A stretch of DNA of 64,000 nucleotides, from the NCBI GenBank assembly GCA_963696385.1, contig CAVOKF010000007.1:288001-352000 (forward strand). Direction: 5' to 3'. Origin of the DNA: an uncultured delta proteobacterium (GTDB taxonomy: Bacteria > Myxococcota_A > Polyangia > Polyangiales > Polyangiaceae). Each line of letters opens with the position of its first letter. Positions within the stretch are counted from its first letter, which is position 1. The position numbers and the translations under genes are program-made. Of the stretch, positions 59,545 through 64,000 are shown one piece after another. Under the pieces are notes generated by a model. That model worked only from the letters and a program-made list of their open reading frames with translations. It did no database searches and was not told where the DNA came from.

Positions 59545-60015
59545 GTGTCCGAACCTCGACTCACGATACAACCGATCTACGCGGACAGGGCCACGGGGGA
59601 GACGTATCCGGACGCGCGGTCGATGATCGACGCGTATCTCCAGCGCTTCGCCCGGCGTGCCGGCAGCCAACTCGATCCTTTGGATTCAACGGGATACACG
59701 CTCGTGCGGAAGGGCTCCGCCTCAGTCGGTGTGAACATGCTGGAAGATCATGGCGTGCTGCTGCTGGTGGCGCCCCTGATGGACGTGCCATCGAACGGGC
59801 GAGAAGCGCTGTATCGCCGGCTGCTGGAATTGTCGTTTCTTGCGACTTCCGACAGCGCCTTCGCGATCGACGCGCAACGAGAGGAAATCGTGGTTCGGTC
59901 ACTCCGGCGGCTGTCCGGACTGGACTACGAGGAGTTCGAGGACCTGCTCGAGACCGTGGGTAAGGTCGCCGACGATTGGGACGACGCCCTGGTCGCCGAG
60001 TTTCCCAAGGGCTGA
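59545..60015 (+). CDS. CesT/YbjN-like chaperone-fold protein
   Basis: GSASVGVN, LYRRLLELSF, AFAID, LSGLDYEEFEDLL..V..VADDWD. Confidence 0.7.
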   Translation: MSEPRLTIQPIYADRATGETYPDARSMIDAYLQRFARRAGSQLDPLDSTGYTLVRKGSASVGVNMLEDHGVLLLVAPLMDVPSNGREALYRRLLELSFLATSDSAFAIDAQREEIVVRSLRRLSGLDYEEFEDLLETVGKVADDWDDALVAEFPKG

Positions 60016-60026
60016 CCCCAGCAGCT

Positions 60027-60073
60027 GAGAAGGAGGGAGGAAGGAGGGAGGGAGGGAGGAAGGAGGGAGAAGG
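60027..60073. repeat. 47-nt homopurine tract containing a perfect 37-nt mirror repeat
   Basis: gagggaggaaggagggag-g-gagggaggaaggagggag (60033-60069) reads the same backwards. Confidence 0.9.
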
Positions 60074-60187
60074 TACGAGAGTTGCGGTCGGGATGCCGCG
60101 CCGTGCCATCCGTGGGTCAAACCCGTACAACCAAGTGCAGGCCATCCAATTGTTCGGAGCGGGTGCCGATGTTACTATTGTACCGTG

Positions 60188-61084
60188 ATGGTACAACGTG
60201 CCGTTTCCCTGCGTACCGATGACGGCGACGACGGAACACCCAGTGAGGCGATGCAGGAGTATCTCGAGCAACTGGCCGCCACATTCCGGCCCTGCTGGGA
60301 GCTCGACGACACGGCGTTCGAGGGGTCGGCGAGGCCATCGTCCGCGAACGTTCAGCCCCTGAAAGGGGGCATCGGGGAGCTGGAAGTCCGGCGCGACAAC
60401 CGTGCGACCCATGGGGTGCTTGCCCCGCTCAAGCCCGTGCGGTCGGGCGACCTCCTCGAAGCGCCCGCCGGCGCGGCGCGCGTCGTCTCTTGGCCCGCAC
60501 CGAATGCCGCGAACCAAGGTCCTGGGGCCACGGGGGCTCTTGCGTCGCCGCAGGGGCCGCTTGCCTGGATCCCGCCAGCCGCTGCGGAATCGACGGAATT
60601 GGATCTACGCCTGTTGGCGCGGCGATCGAGGCGGCCGTTGTGGATCGCGCTGGGCGGGAGCGTCACGCTGCTGATTGTCCTCGTCACCTGGGCCGTGAGC
60701 GGAAATGATGCGAATCCCAATCCGGCGGCGCGCCCGGCGGCTCCCGCCGCCCTGTCCGCCGCGCCACGGCCCACCGCCGCGGAACCATCGGAGCCTGCGC
60801 CGCCGGCGACGGCGCCCAGCGCGGAACCGACGTCGGCGTCCGCCGCACGACCCCCGAGCCCCGTCGCATTCCCCGCCGCAAAGCCGGCTCGCAGGGATCC
60901 CGAAGGCGACGTACGCCGCCGCGCTCCTGCGGAAGAGGATCCGCTCACGACCGTGTTGCCCCCTCCGTCCCACCCCGCCGCGCGTCCGGCGCCGCTCCTC
61001 AAGCCCAACGCACGGCCGATCCCGCTCCCGGCACCGCCCGCGCCCCCTCCTCCCCCTCCTTCCGTTCGAGACGTCCCGTTCTGA
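60188..61084 (+). CDS. Single-TM Pro-rich hypothetical protein
   Basis: RRSRRP followed by a TM helix and a Pro/Ala-rich tail ending VRDVPF. Confidence 0.65.
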   Translation: MVQRAVSLRTDDGDDGTPSEAMQEYLEQLAATFRPCWELDDTAFEGSARPSSANVQPLKGGIGELEVRRDNRATHGVLAPLKPVRSGDLLEAPAGAARVVSWPAPNAANQGPGATGALASPQGPLAWIPPAAAESTELDLRLLARRSRRPLWIALGGSVTLLIVLVTWAVSGNDANPNPAARPAAPAALSAAPRPTAAEPSEPAPPATAPSAEPTSASAARPPSPVAFPAAKPARRDPEGDVRRRAPAEEDPLTTVLPPPSHPAARPAPLLKPNARPIPLPAPPAPPPPPPSVRDVPF

Positions 61085-61244
61085 GAGCGTGTTCAACAGT
61101 CGTCGCGAGCGAGGCGAGGGGTTTTTCCGTTTCGTAAGTCCCGCGGATCCATCCTCGGGCGCGCGGCTGCGCAGCGCAAACGGGCCCCTCGCGTTATCTG
61201 AATCATTCGCCGGAATAGGGACGAATCGTCGCGGTACTTGGAAA

Positions 61245-62582
61245 TCACCAACCGTATTGGACGACGTCAATCGACAACGGGGCCATGGCGTCGCGATCGG
61301 ATCCTCGCACCAGTGCCGCCGCGAAGCACCCGATCTCATCGCACCCTGCGTCCACGAGGGCGTCCGCCTCGACCTCGACCCGCCCTGACCGAACGCCATC
61401 CGAGCGCATCACCCGGTAGGCCAGACCGGCAATGGATGGGGCGTCCGGCGACCGATCCGTGCGTCTCTCGACCCACGCGACGATCGGGGAGCGCCCCACC
61501 GCCAGAGCCGACCAGAAGGGCCCAGGAGCGCGGGAACAATCGGCGGACGCGAGCTCGACGAGCGTCTCGACGGCCGGCGTGCGATCGATTCCAAGGGCCT
61601 CGACTCGTTGCGCAGCCGAGCCGACGCCCGAGCAGGCGGTCTCGGACGGACGAGTGAAGACAACGAGCGTCGTCTTCTCGTCGCCATCCACGGCGACGAC
61701 GTCGTCGTCCGGGCCCAACGCGTGTTTGAGCCGGCGCCACGCCCCCGGAGCGCCGGAACCGCGCGCCTCGCGAACCGCGATCGCGCCCGTGCTCGCGATG
61801 CGGACGATCTCGAGGTCGTCGCCGGACGTGTAGACACGATGCTCGATTTCGTCCGATCCGAAGTCGGAGTCTCGTGTCACGACCGTGGGAGCAAGCGCCG
61901 CATCGGCGCGCGGATCGAATGCCACCGACGTCAGATCGTCGTCGCCGTCTCCCAGCACGAACACGTCGTGGTCGCCGCAGACCAACGTCACGGTCCTTTC
62001 CGGCGGAACGACCGCGATCTCCCGAGGCGACGGATCGGCCCAGGATCGGGCGTAGACTCTGACGGAACCACGCGAATGGGGCGCCACCCACGCCACGCGA
62101 TCGCTTGTCGTGCACCACTCGGCGCCAACGTCCTCGGGAGCCCCCCACGGCTGGCCTTCGGGCCCCACGAGCACGAGCTTGCCACGGCCGTTGTCCTGTT
62201 TGCCGCCACGCCAGGCCAAGGCCATCCCTTCCCCTACCCGCTCGAGCCTCAGATCGGAGTCCGAACCCCACGAGACACCGGACAGTGCATCACTCGTCCA
62301 CAACGCGCGGCGATCGCGCAGCGCCGTGAGGCGAATCACCCTTGCCGCGGCAACGAGGCCCGCCACGACGGTCGCGTGCCCGAGGCGAAGCGCGGCGATG
62401 GGGGAGGAGAATACGGGGGCCGTACCCTCCACGAGCGCGGGACCCGACGACTCGGACGGCACCCTTTCTCGGGCGCTGGCCGACGCCGCCGAGCGCGTTG
62501 CCGAAGGCGTGGCTTTGCGGCACGAGACGCAAGCGCTTCCGACGATCCACGCCACGATCGGAAGGAGCCGGGGGGTGGGCAT
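61245..62582 (-). CDS. Hypothetical lipoprotein
   Basis: CVSC lipobox-like leader; starts 13 bp after the sigma54 activator stop; beta-rich composition. Confidence 0.7.
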   Translation of the reverse strand: MPTPRLLPIVAWIVGSACVSCRKATPSATRSAASASARERVPSESSGPALVEGTAPVFSSPIAALRLGHATVVAGLVAAARVIRLTALRDRRALWTSDALSGVSWGSDSDLRLERVGEGMALAWRGGKQDNGRGKLVLVGPEGQPWGAPEDVGAEWCTTSDRVAWVAPHSRGSVRVYARSWADPSPREIAVVPPERTVTLVCGDHDVFVLGDGDDDLTSVAFDPRADAALAPTVVTRDSDFGSDEIEHRVYTSGDDLEIVRIASTGAIAVREARGSGAPGAWRRLKHALGPDDDVVAVDGDEKTTLVVFTRPSETACSGVGSAAQRVEALGIDRTPAVETLVELASADCSRAPGPFWSALAVGRSPIVAWVERRTDRSPDAPSIAGLAYRVMRSDGVRSGRVEVEADALVDAGCDEIGCFAAALVRGSDRDAMAPLSIDVVQYGW

Positions 62583-62595
62583 CAGGCGGCGAACG

Positions 62596-63891
62596 TCATA
62601 CCCGACCCTGTCCTTGCGCGCCGAGCAGCTTGCGGAAGGACGTGCGCGGCATCTCTGCCGCCCGCGCGGCGGCGCTCAGATTCCCGGACTTCTCGCGCAG
62701 CAGTTCGCGTGCACGGTGCGGGGTGAGGCATTTGGCAACCGCCGGACCGTCGCGCCGCAGCGCGCGATCGACGTGCTCTGCCTCGATGCGTGGATTTTGG
62801 GTGGTCGCATCGGCGGCTCTGCAGAGCACGTTCCGTAGTTCGCGAACATTGCCCGGCCAATCGTAGGCGGACAGGCGAGCGAGCGCCGCCGGGGTCAGCG
62901 TCCGCGGCCCCATCTCGCGCGCGAGCTGCCGCAGCAGTTCCCGCGCAAGGACGCCGATGTCTGCGCGCCGCTCGCGCAACGGCGGAACGGTGATGACGAG
63001 GCACTCGAGCCGATGAAACAAATCGCGCCGGAAATCGCCACGGCTGACGCACTGGTCAAGCCGCGCATGCGTGGCCGCGACCACCCGTACGTCGGCGCGC
63101 TGACCCCCGCCCGCGGCGCCGACGCGTCGCACCTCGTACCCATCGAGGGCACGCAATAGCTTCGGCTGTGCTTCGAGCGGCAAGTCGCCAATCTCGTCGA
63201 GAAACAGAGTGCCTCCGTCGGCCTCCGCGAAGGCGCCCTCACGACGAGCGTGCGCTCCCGTGAACGCCCCTCGCTCGTGGCCGAACAGCTCGCTCTCTAC
63301 GAGCTCGCGGGGAAGGGCCGTAACGTTGATGGCGACGAACGCACGCGATCGGCGAGGCCCCTCGGCGTGCAGAGCGCGGGCGACGAGCTCCTTGCCGGTG
63401 CCGCTCTCGCCCGCGATGAGGACGGGCAGCGCGTGACCGGCCAGCCGCCGAACCTGCTCGGCGAGTCTGCGCATCGCCAGCGACGCGCCGACGATCCCGG
63501 GCAAGGGATCGCCCGGGTCGCCGATCTCGGGAGGCTCCGCCGCAGAGACGACGAGCGTGGTTCGACCAATCGTGACGACCGTGCCCACCGAGCCCCAGGC
63601 CTCGCGGATGCGCGCCGTGCCCACGTACGTGCCGTTGCGCGAGCCGAGGTCTTCGATGAAGACCCCGGCGCACGAACCGGTCAGCGCGCAGTGGCGCGAA
63701 CTGACCGTCGGGTCGCCAACGACCACGTCGGCGGACGGCGACGTCCCGACGGTCAGCGTAGCGCTCGCGAGCGGCGTTCGACGCGCCCCCATTTCGTCTT
63801 GAACCTCCACCATCCAGGCGATGGGACTCGGCGCGGGCGCGATTTCGAGCGTGGACGACGCAAAGCACGACGGTTCGATGGTGGGCGACAT
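62596..63891 (-). CDS. FHA-domain sigma54-dependent transcriptional activator
   Basis: DPTVSSRH..DLGSRNGT (FHA); GESGTGKE, GAFTGA, FLDEIG, WPGNVREL; C-terminal HTH. Confidence 0.95.
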   Translation of the reverse strand: MSPTIEPSCFASSTLEIAPAPSPIAWMVEVQDEMGARRTPLASATLTVGTSPSADVVVGDPTVSSRHCALTGSCAGVFIEDLGSRNGTYVGTARIREAWGSVGTVVTIGRTTLVVSAAEPPEIGDPGDPLPGIVGASLAMRRLAEQVRRLAGHALPVLIAGESGTGKELVARALHAEGPRRSRAFVAINVTALPRELVESELFGHERGAFTGAHARREGAFAEADGGTLFLDEIGDLPLEAQPKLLRALDGYEVRRVGAAGGGQRADVRVVAATHARLDQCVSRGDFRRDLFHRLECLVITVPPLRERRADIGVLARELLRQLAREMGPRTLTPAALARLSAYDWPGNVRELRNVLCRAADATTQNPRIEAEHVDRALRRDGPAVAKCLTPHRARELLREKSGNLSAAARAAEMPRTSFRKLLGAQGQGRV

Positions 63892-64000
63892 GGCCGGCCT
63901 CCGTTTTTGGGCACCGCACAGCCCCTGTCGGCACGGCCGAGCCAAGGTTGCGCCCCGATCGCCGCCTTTCACCGACCGCGACCCCGACCTCGCGACCCCG

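Noticed and set aside
63930..63950. Sigma54 promoter upstream of the FHA activator
   Set aside because: Minus-strand TGGCTCGGCCGTGC has GG-GC spacing one base short of the strict consensus.

Overview
GC-rich, gene-dense bacterial DNA. MYXO-CTERM sorting tails, many Cys-rich and low-complexity lipoproteins, an FHA-sigma54 activator and an ECF/caspase module point to a myxobacterium (Polyangiaceae-like; inference). In order: a Gly/Cys-rich protein and an FGE-sulfatase lipoprotein; a DUF692 (MNIO) + DUF2063 pair with a convergent Cys-rich candidate precursor on the opposite strand; two GT-C-like membrane proteins; an ECF sigma/anti-sigma/secreted caspase/GH5 operon; a divergent sugar locus (2x DUF1080, ABC transporter, TIM-barrel isomerase, Gfo/Idh/MocA, 2 porins); L,D-transpeptidase; a (CCCCGA)20 tract; patatin; Cys-rich surface proteins; heme genes (frameshifted cobA-hemD, hemB); a solitary DNA methylase; the riboflavin/nusB operon; an AbrB antitoxin with an internally deleted PIN toxin; S53 protease; a redox trio; pfk; amidase; and a sigma54 activator. 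No rRNA, tRNA, CRISPR array or transposase was recognised. Best candidates for a novel system: the MNIO cluster with an atypical antisense precursor (2465-4589) and the ECF/anti-sigma/caspase signalling module joined to a glycan-utilisation locus (8473-27431). Family calls come from motif recognition by eye, not database searches, and start codons are my best estimates.
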